Origin: Macrostomum hystrix
Lineage: Eukaryota > Animalia > Platyhelminthes
DNA: 64,000 nucleotides
Assembly: GCA_950097015.1 (NCBI GenBank)
Contig: CATNEN010000038.1
Span: 22,382,001 to 22,446,000 of the forward strand
Direction of reading: 5' to 3'
The notes beneath the pieces are model-generated. The model worked only from the letters and a program-made list of their open reading frames with translations, had not been told where the DNA came from and made no database searches. The translations under genes and the position numbers were made by a program. Below, one piece after another: positions 27,001 to 39,000 of the stretch. How positions within the stretch are numbered: position 1 is the first letter of the stretch; each line of letters starts with the position of its first letter.

Positions 27001-30000
27001 GCCTTGGACAAATTAGACAAACAGTAAAAAATAGCACAATTCAAAATTGAGCCTGGGGAAATTAGTTAAAGTATAAAGGCCGAAAGCCAATTTAAACACA
27101 ATAAGGAATAATAGAGAATTGCTCGAGTTATTTTCTGAATTGCAATTTTCCATGGCAACTGCAGCCTGTGAGTTTCCGATTCGCAGGAGCCTAGTGCTCA
27201 ACTCCTGGCAGTCGTCCTTTGAGACGATCGGCGGAAGAACGTCTTGCTTCAGCAGCAGAAGCTCCGCCGAAGAGGAAAGGACGGTAAAGAATTCTGGCCT
27301 CTTTAGTTATCCCAGCTACGCGTTCTTCCACAGCAGAGACAGAAGCCAAGCAGACGGAGGATTTCATTGGTTCGCAGTGCAGTTGAATGAGCCAGTGCTC
27401 ATCGGATCAGTTTCTGTGAAGGGCAGAGCGGGTGAGTCACTGCTCAATTTTTTCTATGCACATCAGCTTCCACTGCTTAGTCGTGAAGTTCTCACTTTTA
27501 GATGGCGCTACATATCTCTACTCGAGAGCCAGAGACATCGAGATCTGGACATCGAGCAGCAGCAGTCAACTGTTCTCAGGTGATCACTGCAGCTCAAGAA
27601 ACATGAGCAGCCAGTTCAGAGAGTCTCAGCAGCTCTGGAGACGGTGCGGCCTGACGGTGAGCAAGCAGGCGCGTATCGAGGCTGGTGAGATCTTCACCGT
27701 GAACTGCTTAGCGGAGGTGAGACCTGCTCTGTGCCTTGAGTTGTGCTCTGATGAGTTCTGGATCCCACTGAGATTTCATCTGAACTCCAGGTGAGGTACT
27801 TGCTGCTGCGAAGGAACATTACTGTGTTATCTTATCCTGACGACTTCATGAGCTTCGCAGATCTCAGGCTTGAGATTGTGTATCTGTGTGAGTTCGGGTC
27901 TTTTACTATGGACTTATTGTTGTGAAAGGAAAATTCTAAAATTTCCTTGATTTAGCAATGTCGATTGATAATTTGTAAATCTCCAGTAACCTTAGCGCCT
28001 CAGCTGGTGCCTCAGAACTCAGAGTTCAGTGTGAGCTGCATGATGGACTGCGATGGAGTACTTGACTCGAGCTCAAGCGAGCTACAGCTGTGCTCTCCCA
28101 ACGGCAGCTGCATAAATGGCCGTGAGCTGCACATTGGCAGTGCTCAGCCTGAGCACTCCGGTGACTACAGGTGCAGATTTGGATCGGTTGCAGATACATC
28201 CACTGTCAGAGTGTTGAGTGAGTTCACTTTTAAAGTAATTTCTCAAGCAGGAAGTGCACAAGTTGAGCAGATTTTCTACTTTGTTTATCACTTTTAGAGA
28301 ATAATAAGGGCCTGAAAGCGGGACATTTTTGCGCTTCAAATCGTAGCTCGGACAAATTACACAAACGGTAAAAAATAGCAAAATGCAGAAGTTAGCTTGG
28401 GGAAATTGGTTAAAGTATAAAGGCTGAAAGCAAATTTAAACACAAGAAGGAATAATAGAGCATTGCTCGAGTTGTTTTCCGAATTGCTTGGAAGGAGTGT
28501 CGAGAAATTAAGAGAAGTAATATTTTTTAGCTGGCCTGCGGGTAGCCAATGGAGAGAAGAGAAGCGAAAGCGACAGGGCGCTGTGCCTTTGGCTATACAC
28601 GACTCGTATTGGTTAAGTTGGACACACTGGATGGGGTTGGCGTGGCGTTAACAAGAGAGTGCGCGACTGAGGGTAAGAGAGGAGGCTAGAAAGTGGGAGG
28701 CGGACCAATCAGAAGGCGGAAAATGTAGAGAACTAGGCTAGTAATGAAGTCGGTGACTTATTACGGGATGAGTGAGCCGTGATTCATATCAAAGTACTGA
28801 TAAATACTTATTAAAGACTCTGACTGACCCCTGCCCTTCCGTTCTCTCTCCCAGACCCGCCATAAATCTCTTGGCGTTCAGTGATTTCTCAAACTTTCAA
28901 TAAAGAGAGGGGGCGCAGTGTCTTTAATCATTTGTCCAACTTTCTTCATTAAAGTATGACGAAATTAACGGCAGACAGAGGCAGGCGGAAGTTTAATATT
29001 CCAATTAGAGTCCAGAGTTCGCGTAATCTAGTGTAGCGATGGCACTTTATCTTTATTTATTTTCACTAAGACACACGACAAGCAATATAATTAAAGTTGG
29101 GTGCAGGAGCTCAATGATGACGACGCAATAGAGAAGACAGCGGATGACAGTAGAGAGGAAATGGCAGAACGAAACACTCGGCAGAACAGTGGGTAAGTAG
29201 GTCGCAGTGAAAGTAACAGTGGCCGGGACAAGAGCAGTGACAAAAGGGGTGGGCCAATGTCCAAAAGCGTGTCGCTTTTTTGATTTGGCCTCTGCGTTAT
29301 CCGCAAAACTATCGAACAAAACTGTTCATGAGAGACAGAAAGAGAAGCTTTTGTTCCGGCGTAGACATAGTAGTAAACTTTTAAACTTTCAGTTTGCGAG
29401 ACTAGAGCCTTAGCTGTATATGTATATGTACTTACCAGCTCCTTCTCCATGCAGCTGCAAAGCGAATGTCTATGGCACGAATTCTATGCTAGGGAGAATA
29501 GCAGTACTGATATTTACTACACCATTTTACCCTCAATTTTGAACAACGAAAACTTCAATAGTGACAAACTCCGATTCAAATTCGACAGTTAACGGCAAGG
29601 CACGTCAAAGCTACATTCGATTTTGACACAGTCAACTTCAAGTTGGAAAAGGTCCGATTTAGCCCATGCGCGAGCCAAATCCTCACTCCTCAAGTTGTCT
29701 AAAACTCTGATTCAATTTTGACACACCGAACGACAAAAGTTACACTCTATGGTAAATTCTCCTGAATATCCGCTTCAATTTTATCAACTCCACTTCAATA
29801 TAGACAGTCTACGTCCAATTTCGACGGACTGGTGACTGCTGACGTTGTCAATCACAATGCTGCATCGCCGGTCCGGGTGCACTTGCTGGAAGTTGGCGAT
29901 TGTGATGCTTACAAATTCGCCAAATCGCTCCTTTGTCATGCCCTTCTCGTAGCTGTGATAGTGCACGACACCAAGAGTCGGGCTGACAGCCAAGCAAACC

Positions 30001-33000
30001 GTCACGCGCTGCCCCTTCGGCCCAGAAACCACTCAGAAAGGCGTTGGCCTTTCTGGGACCGGCCAATTGAGCGGCGCATCCAGGTGTTGAATCCGAACTC
30101 ATCAATAAAGATCTCCATATCCAGGGTCTCCTCAGAGCACAGCCACTCTGCAAACTGGCGTCGGGTCTCAATCGTAGCAACCGAGTTTCTCTCAGCGGGT
30201 ATGTCGCGCGAACCAGATTGGTTGTATACAGAGCACCGTCAAGCTTGATGCTATGGTCTTGTCCGAGACGTGCCGCTTGCTTGGGTATCTGTTGCGCAAC
30301 ATGCCGTTCATCTGCGACAGCGTTAGCAGTGGGTTGTGCTGGACGATTGCGCACAGAAAGCGTTGCATTTCGTTGTCCCACTTTGAATGCTTCGCACCTC
30401 CCTTTGCTTTTTTCTCAGCTCTGCCGGTCCGAACAATGGCATAAGCAGTGGTCCTCTTTATCCCCAGTTGGATCGCAAGGTGTACGAAGTCCTCACCGTT
30501 CTCATGAGCTGTAATTAGGCGCTGTCGGTCCTGAACAGAAACTGACTGGTTTCTTCTTTGTTCCGGCTGCTGCAGCTCCTCGTCAATCGGATCGTCGGTT
30601 GACTCCGAACCTTCTTCTTCCAGAAACGATTCCGCGTCCTCGTCGATCATTTAAATTTTCTAAGTTATGAAGTATAAAAATAAGGACGGAACGGAAGCGA
30701 CACGGAGAAGAGAAGGCTCTCATCTAACTTTTACCCTGGACAAGACCATTTCGTTTATGGCAAAAGCTCCCGATGGTTCATGTACTGTATAGTCATGAAA
30801 AGTCCGTCAAGATTGGACGTAGACTGTCTATATTGAAGTGGAGTTGATAAAATTGAAGCGGATATTCAGGAGAATTTACCATAGAGTGTAACTTTTGTCG
30901 TTCGGTGTGTCAAAATTGAATCAGAGTTTTAGACAACTTAAGGAGTGAGGATTTGGCTCGCGCATTGGCTAAATCGGACCTTTTCAAAATTGAAGTTGAC
31001 TGGGTCAAAATCGAATGTAGCTTTGACGTGCCTTGCCGTTAACTGTCGAATTTGAATCGGAGTTTGTCACTATTGAAGTTTTCGTTGTTCAAAATTGAGG
31101 GTAAAATGGTGTAGCAGATATTTACCAGTTCCTTCATGAAACCAGATTTTAGCAGACTGATGAATATCCGCGGTTATTTTAGCTGCTGCTAACTGCTAAT
31201 TTACCAATTGCTCATGAAATCGGTCCCAGGAGAGAGTTTTGTCACGGGACAAAAGCAGTGGCAACCATCGGAGTCCTTGAGGTCGAAGCATCTGCAGCAC
31301 CTACAGCAGAGCGGCTGATCAGAGCACTGCAGCTCATTTGCTTCTTCACTGACACTCCAACATAGCGCTCAAGAGCAGAGCTCGAATGGCCTGGGACGCG
31401 GCAAATTTCAGCCCGTTGAAGCCCAGCCTCGTCGAGCAGCGTAGCTGTAGTCTTACGCAGACTCTGATTTTTCTCATGGTTTCCTCTGGAGCCAACTCTT
31501 TAATCAGCGATTGAACTAAAACACTCAGCGTGTGCTTTCCGATGGGTGTCCGGGTGTACCAGTCGGATAGAGCGTCTGGTTTCCAATGTCGATTGTGCCC
31601 CAGGAAAAGCGCATCATTGCACTCGCGTGGTCTGCGACTCACGTAAGCAAACGATGCAACGCTCATGCCCTGCTGTGTGGAATGCCCGTACCACCTTTGG
31701 AAGCCGACGCAGGCCTGTAAGTCCTCCCTGATTCATCTTGGTTACCGCATTTTCGTTGTACGTTAGGCATTCGTTCTCACCAACGTTATCGAGCTTGATC
31801 TGCTGGCCATAGCGCAAGTTGCGAAGCTCAGTACCCCCGCAGGGCAAAGTGTTTTCCAATGGACCAGATCACCGCGTTCAGTAGTTGCCCTGGATTCGTG
31901 TTGCCAAGCAGATTACTTGTCCAGAGCTTGTCCTCCAGACAAGAAGGAATTGGTTCTGAGCGGTTTAGTCCAGCACCCTATCCTTCCTTTGTGCTAATCT
32001 TCATAGACGCATCGAGTGCACGACGACTCTCAGCAAAAGCCGGATCTTTCCAGAGACTCCAGTCTCGTTTGCAGACGTTGACCATATGGTACTGCACCAT
32101 AGAATAGAAGTCCTTTAACGTCGAGGCGGAGTATCTCTGTTTCTTTTTCGTTCGTACTTTCATTACAAAGAACTTTAACAGAAATTTCAGATCCGATTTG
32201 CTCATCTCATGCAGCTTCTTGAGCACCATCAGTCCAGATTGCTCGCCAGACGCCCACTGTGTCTTCTTTTCGTTGTGCCATTCCATAAACGTGTTGACCA
32301 TCCAAGTAGCTTTCTTCTTAGTTGCTTCTGGCACACAGCCATCGACAACAGCCATGAGCTCTTCCTCCGACGTAAAATCGAAGCGAGGGCTTGAGGGTGT
32401 GTCCGATGTGGTTCCGTCCGCAAAAATCAAATCAATCATTTTCGCTATATAGTCATCAATACTGGCTAATTCACTAATGTCTTCAGCTATTTCGTGCGCA
32501 AGCGTTGAATTTAAATCGGTTACACTTAACCATTTAGCAGAAGTTTCGCTCAACGTGCATTATTTGTGTGCATAAAAAATCACGTTTTATAAATGAAAAT
32601 CAATACTGTACATCTGAAATGTGATGCACAGCTTCAAGTGACATGTCATTGTCTTGGAAACATCTAGACGCATCTATTGAAACCATTTTAAATGACATTG
32701 GGGCAAAGAACAACATTTTATTAGAGTAAACTCGAAAATGCAGCTTCTCTTAAAAGTACTGCATCGTGTACTGACGCTCAATCAATGTTCACAGGCAGGC
32801 ATGCATGCAGTCCTTTTGAAGAGGGTTCTAAATGATTTTTAACGACACCAAACTTGATTCGAGAAATTGCACTACTAAAATCTTATGAGTAATCTTATGG
32901 AAATTGGCATAGGCCCCAGGTGTCAAAATTGCTGCAATGTGCCTTCCATTTCGAAAAATCGAATTTTCCAACACAAATGCAGCTGCTTATCGGATGCAGC

Positions 33001-36000
33001 ATAGTACAGTTCGTCTCTGTACATAAAAAATATTCACAAGACCGTTTTTACAAAATTAACCTTTAAAAGTTCGAAAAATTGCATGATTTATTCAATTTCT
33101 ACGAAAAAACACGTTTTCCAACTGCAAATCAATATTTAGCATCTTGAATGTGACGCTGACTTTAAGTTGACATGACATTCTCTTTCAAACATCCACATGC
33201 GTCTATTGACACCATTTTCAACTCAATGCGACACAGTGCACTATCGTAGAGGCAGAAATAGCAAACTTTTTCTCTCATACGTACACCTGTACAGGTACAT
33301 ATTTTAGTACAGATGGCCAACTACTGAATGTGTGTACACGAGTCTAGTATCCAATGAAAGAGGGTCCTAAACGAAATTCAGCAACGCTAAGCGCAACACA
33401 AACGGATGCAGTAATCAAAAGTTATGACTGATCCCGTTTTGCAAGTTTTAGCCCCACGGGGGGTCAAAATTTGGGATTTTCGCATCCACCTTCGGGGCAC
33501 GTGGATGCTTAGAAAATTGAAAATATACATTTTGAATGACCAAAATCACGTTTTTGGGATTTAATTACCCACATCTTCGGTAAACAATATCCAATCAGTC
33601 TGAAACCAACATTCTAGTATAGGCGACACCCAGAGGCGTCCAAAGTGCACCCTGTACTAAAAGTACTTTAAAAGTGCACATTTTTTTCAATCATAAAAGT
33701 GCAAAGTCAAAAAATCTCTTCACTATCAAGTAGGCCAATGTGTTGGGGTTACGACCCAGCAAGTCAAAGTTTAAAAACATGCACATTTTTCAACCTCAAA
33801 AACCCGTTTTTTACCCTTTGACCTAGAAGATGAGTCAGCAAGAAAAAATCCATATCAAATCATTGTAGGCTTCTATAGCCCGCATCGACTGGATAGAGTC
33901 ACTTGGTGACACCATAAAATGCCGAAAAAAGCGCCGAGAGACCAATTTTTGTCATGTCGAAAAAAATCTTATTTTTGGTTGCCATGGCAACGCTTTTCAC
34001 TTCAGTACATAGACCCAAGTATTTTACATGTTTTGCAAAAAACCGCATCCAAATCAGTTCAACTGGGCAAAAGCGGCAATCTTTAAAAGTTGAAAAGCCT
34101 GCTTTCGTATCCCGACACGTTGGTTACATCTTATCAAGATGAGATATCGCATCCGTAATGAGCAAGAGAATGCCTCGCTAACGCTCGGCTTCCTCTTGGC
34201 CATTACTGGCTCACTCATCCCAACTGGATAGAATTAGAGCGAAGTCAGAACTGACTGAAGAATCCAAGGTAAGCAGACAGCAAAACAGACAGGACAGGGT
34301 AGCAAACACCCAAAGCCAATTGAAACGCCAATAGCCAATTCAACGATCATTCTGATTAATGGAATTCATGAAATCGTTGAGAAATTAGCTCCTCATCAAC
34401 GAAAATCGATACTAGTATCCTATCCTGCCTTTACCTCGTCACAGAGACTTCAGTCACAGAAAATGGATTCGATCGCAATTTGTTTATCTGTTTATCATAC
34501 AAGCTGGGCAAAACGTTTTTTCAGCGGCATCCGCGGATCAGGTTGTGCCCATCAACTCGAGTTTCGCTGTGAGCTGCGAGATTCACTGCAACAGCTCAAT
34601 GCTGTGCTCAAACTCAAGCGGTCTCCAGCTCTGCCTTCCGAACGGTACCTGCATTGCAGATCACAAGATTGCAGTGGCTCGAGCACTTCTTGAGCACTCT
34701 GGAAAGTACTCTTGCAGACTTGGCTCTGTCCGCAAGCAGACCTCAGTCGCCGTACTCTGTGAGCAGATTTTCTTTTTTTGTATAACTTTTAAAGAAAAAT
34801 AAGGGCCTGATAGCGAGAAAACTTTGCGGTTCAAATCGTGCCTTGGACAAATTAGACAAACAGTAAAAAATAGCACAATTCAAAATTGAGCCTGGGGAAA
34901 TTAGTTAAAGTATAAAGGCCGAAAGCCAATTTAAACACAATAAGGAATAATAGAGAATTGCTCGAGTTATTTTCTGAATTGCAATTTTCCATGGCAACTG
35001 CAGCCTGTGAGTTTCCGATTCGCAGGAGCCTAGTGCTCAACTCCTGGCAGTCGTCCTTTGAGACGATCGGCGGAAGAACGTCTTGCTTCAGCAGCAGAAG
35101 CTCCGCCGAAGAGGAAAGGACGGTAAAGAATTCTGGCCTCTTTAGTTATCCCAGCTACGCGTTCTTCCACAGCAGAGACAGAAGCCAAGCAGACGGAGGA
35201 TTTCATTGGTTCGCAGTGCAGCTGAATGAGCCAGTGCTCATCGGATCAGTTTCTGTGAAGGGCAGAGCGGGTGAGTCACTGCTCAATTTTTTCTATGCAC
35301 ATCAGCTTCCACTGCTTAGTCGTGAAGTTCTCACTTTTAGATGGCGCTACATATCTCTACTCGAGAGCCAGAGACATCGAGATCTGGACATCGAGCAGCA
35401 GCAGTCAACTGTTCTCAGGTGATCACTGCAGCTCAAGAAACATGAGCAGCCAGTTCAGAGAGTCTCAGCAGCTCTGGAGACGGTGCGGCCTGACGGTGAG
35501 CAAGCAGGCGCGTATCGAGGCTGGTGAGATCTTCACCGTGAACTGCTTAGCGGAGGTGAGACCTGCTCTGTGCCTTGAGTTGTGCTCTGATGAGTTCTGG
35601 ATCCCACTGAGATTTCATCTGAACTCCAGGTGAGGTACTTGCTGCTGCGAAGGAACATTACTGTGTTATCTTATCCTGACGACTTCATGAGCTTCGCAGA
35701 TCTCAGGCTTGAGATTGTGTATCTGTGTGAGTTCGGGTCTTTTACTATGGACTTATTGTTGTGAAAGGAAAATTCTAAAATTTCCTTGATTTAGCAATGT
35801 CGATTGATAATTTGTAAATCTCCAGTAACCTTAGCGCCTCAGCTGGTGCCTCAGAACTCAGAGTTCAGTGTGAGCTGCATGATGGACTGCGATGGAGTAC
35901 TTGACTCGAGCTCAAGCGAGCTACAGCTGTGCTCTCCCAACGGCAGCTGCATAAATGGCCATGAGCTGCACATTGGCAGTGCTCAGCCTGAGCACTCCGG

Positions 36001-39000
36001 TGACTACAGGTGCAGATTTGGATCGGTTGCAGATACATCCACTGTCAGTGTGCTGAGTGAGTTCAATTTTAAAGTAATTTCTCAAGCAGGAAGTGCACAA
36101 GTTGAGTTTTAAATGTCAATGGTAACTTTTATTCCAGCGACGTCGGTAGATCAGGTGGTGGCCCTCAAGTCGATGTTCTCTGTGAGCTGCGAGATGCACT
36201 GCAACAGCTCAATGCTGTGCTCAAACTCAAGCGGTCTCCAGCTCTGCCTTCCGAACGGTACCTGCATTGCAGAACACAAGACTGCAGTGGCTCAAGCTCT
36301 GCCTGATCACTCTGGAAAGTACTCTTGCAGACTTGGCTCTGTCAGCAAGCAGACCTCAGTCGCCGTGCTCGGTGAGCAGATTTTCTACTTTGTTTATAAC
36401 TTTTAAAGAATCATAAGGGACTGAAAGCGGGACATTTTTGCGCTTCAAATTGTCGCTAGGACCTATTAGTGAAACAATGAAAACCATAAAGCAGAAACTG
36501 GTCAGGGGAAATTCATTCAATGACGAATGCCGAAAGCTGAATGCAAACACAATAATGAATTTAAGAGAAATAATCATATTCAATGGTACAAGCAAAGGTG
36601 TCAATAGTGTAAAAACACGAAAATAGAAAAGGATTGATTAGTGAGTGATGTGGAGTGTGAGGATCGAGTGAGTGTGTGAGCCTGCAAAAGTTTTCGAATT
36701 TTTCAGTAATCAATAATCGCGACCCAACTAGCAGCTGGCCACGAAACAAGATCATTAATTTTAGGGCCGGGTTTGGGGCGGGCGGTGAATTGAGTAGCCA
36801 TCGATCCCCTCTCCCTGGATCTGTCTCAACCCCTGTGCCTGTAGGAATGACTGATCGCGGGCCCATAACCTTACTGTATGAGCTAGTTTAGGTCATAATT
36901 CCCCTCCAAACCGCGATCAGATATCGGGAATCACTCGGGCATTATGAGTGATCAATAATTCTTCATGTCTGCTCGATTTTATGACCTTTCCCCTTTAGAT
37001 ACATGTATTGTCACTGTAGGCAGGTCAGCGCCTGCGCTTCCCATGGTCCTGGCGGAGTAGCAATTATTGGCCGACTGCCGGCAGCTGCTCTCAGAGGGGC
37101 ATCTGTCGTTTCTCGCCGCTGGTTCATTGGGCAATCGGGGTGGCGCAACGCCGCTCCGATTCCTCGCTGACAGGCCGGCGGGAATGTGGGTTAGTTTGAT
37201 GAATGTCGAGTTTGGCGGAGCTGCAGGACTATTTAAGCAAGCGCGCTGCGCTGCTCCCCCCACACCCTTCTGGGACCGGTCCTTTCACCCTCTTTTGCCG
37301 AGCGACCTCGCTCTTACTTCCCCCGGACCTTTTACCAAGTCCTCGGACAGTATTCGGACGCCCGAAGCCGAGTCCTTCACTTACTCCGGAATCTAACTCC
37401 GAGCTTAGGGTTTAGACCCTAGAGCTATAAGCTCAGCTAGCAATAACGGGCTCATTGCCTGTTTAGAGAACTGTAATAGTGCAAGCCACCTTTTTAGGTG
37501 AGCTCTTAAATCGGGCTTCGCGCTCAACTAGTGTGTTGGTCCCTTGCCAACTCGCAGCTACCCTTCCCCATCCCTCCTTCCTCTCCTATCTTACCCTAAC
37601 CCCTCACTCGAGAACTACAGGCCTGCAGCACGCGACCGGCATTTCAGCTAAGTAACCCGCGTAGCGGTTTTTTGATTGCCATTCCTAAGGGATTATTCTG
37701 CTAGTTAGGCGGCTTAGTAGCGGGAAACGGGCACCGGGATTCTAGCCTAATATACTATCAGCATTAGCTACTAATTGAACAATTAGGTCAACTTTCAAGT
37801 ACAACTTAAACCTTCTCTTTGTTTGTTTTTCCTATTTATTTGTCTAATTAGGCAGCCCTCGGACATGAGTGGCTAATTTACTAGGGGGCGGGCTCTGGCG
37901 AGGCCGAGCTGAAAGGCTGTGGCAGGACGGCAAATATAAGCACGCACGAGAGTTAATAGGGAGCTATGGATTTGCGAGCAGATGCGGAGCGTAGCATGTG
38001 CATTTCTTTCCAGAGGTGAAGGAGTCCTTGGCCGGGTTTCCTTCTCTCTCTTGGGTAGGCCCAAGTGTACATGTCAAACTCCCTTTCCAATGGAGTTTCC
38101 ACTCAGTCCCCCCTTCGCAACTGCGGCCACGGGAGCGAGAGTGATGATCTAATAATCTTCCGCTTGCATAATCACTCAGCCAGTTGTTCTGCTTAACCTC
38201 TCCAACCTTTGATTTCCTCAACTCACACAGATTCGGATTCGTTAGTTAGCTAATGTGTAGGCCGCAGTTTAATGTATGGAACGGCTTGGTGTCAATGAGT
38301 AGGATTCTGGCTACGGATTCTCGTTCGAGTTCTTAGTACCACCTTTCTAGACCCTGTAGCGCAGCAAATGCAGGAATCCCCTTTTGAGGCGTGTCTCGAT
38401 CCATTCTGGGGCCCCCGCTCCAGTCTAAAACGGAAGTTGCAGTAATGCCCTATTTTCGTCTTGTCCAGATCTGCGTGATAAACTAGGAGCTGTGTACTCC
38501 GGGGACCCAAGTTCTCAAATGCCTGCGGTGGCAACGTAGGCGCACTGGGTGGTGGCGCTACAAGGGGTTAGCGGAATGGGCGGTCCTCTGCACTTCATCG
38601 CTGCGTCCGCCGGTCCGGAGCACCCTGCAGCTAAGTCAAGTAAGTCAAGGTGGCGCTACCCTAGATCATCTATCCGCTTTGCCGATAGCCGTTCCGCAGT
38701 TCTGTGGCAAGGGCCTAGACCGATTCGACCACCGCTACCAAAGCTGGGAGTCAGTGCGCACCGCACTGCTGACGACAGTTGGCTACCCAAGCCCTGTCTT
38801 GTCCGATTCCGGACAATCCGAACGCTCCCTCACTCCCTTAGACTTTTCGCGGGTTTCGAGCATAGCTTGAGGTAGGCACGAAAAATATGTCTGTGGCCTA
38901 TGGGACGAGTGGGACTGGCTAGCCTGAGGCCAATAGGACCATTGGAGCACTGCTTACGATTCTCCTCAAGCCACGAAACAGTGACACCAAAAGGGTGCTT

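Larger units (their letters stand above)
28733..34228 (-). mobile_element. Non-autonomous Helitron/Helentron-like element carrying nested Tc1-like and Crypton sequences
   Basis: The minus strand starts TC and ends CTAG, with a hairpin GTAATGAAGTC-GGT-GACTTATTAC (28741-28764) and 14-bp subterminal inverted repeats GGGATGAGTGAGCC (28765-28778) / GGCTCACTCATCCC (34208-34221). It is absent from the paralogous intron of gene C (51715-51740). Confidence 0.65.

Noticed and set aside
29784-30650. Bacterial IS630 or horizontal transfer
   Set aside because: Tc1/IS630-like elements are common in animals, and nothing else here looks prokaryotic
38240-38330. Penelope GIY-YIG remnant (minus strand ELERESVARILLIDTKPFHTLN)
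   Set aside because: The resemblance is too short and weak to call without a profile search
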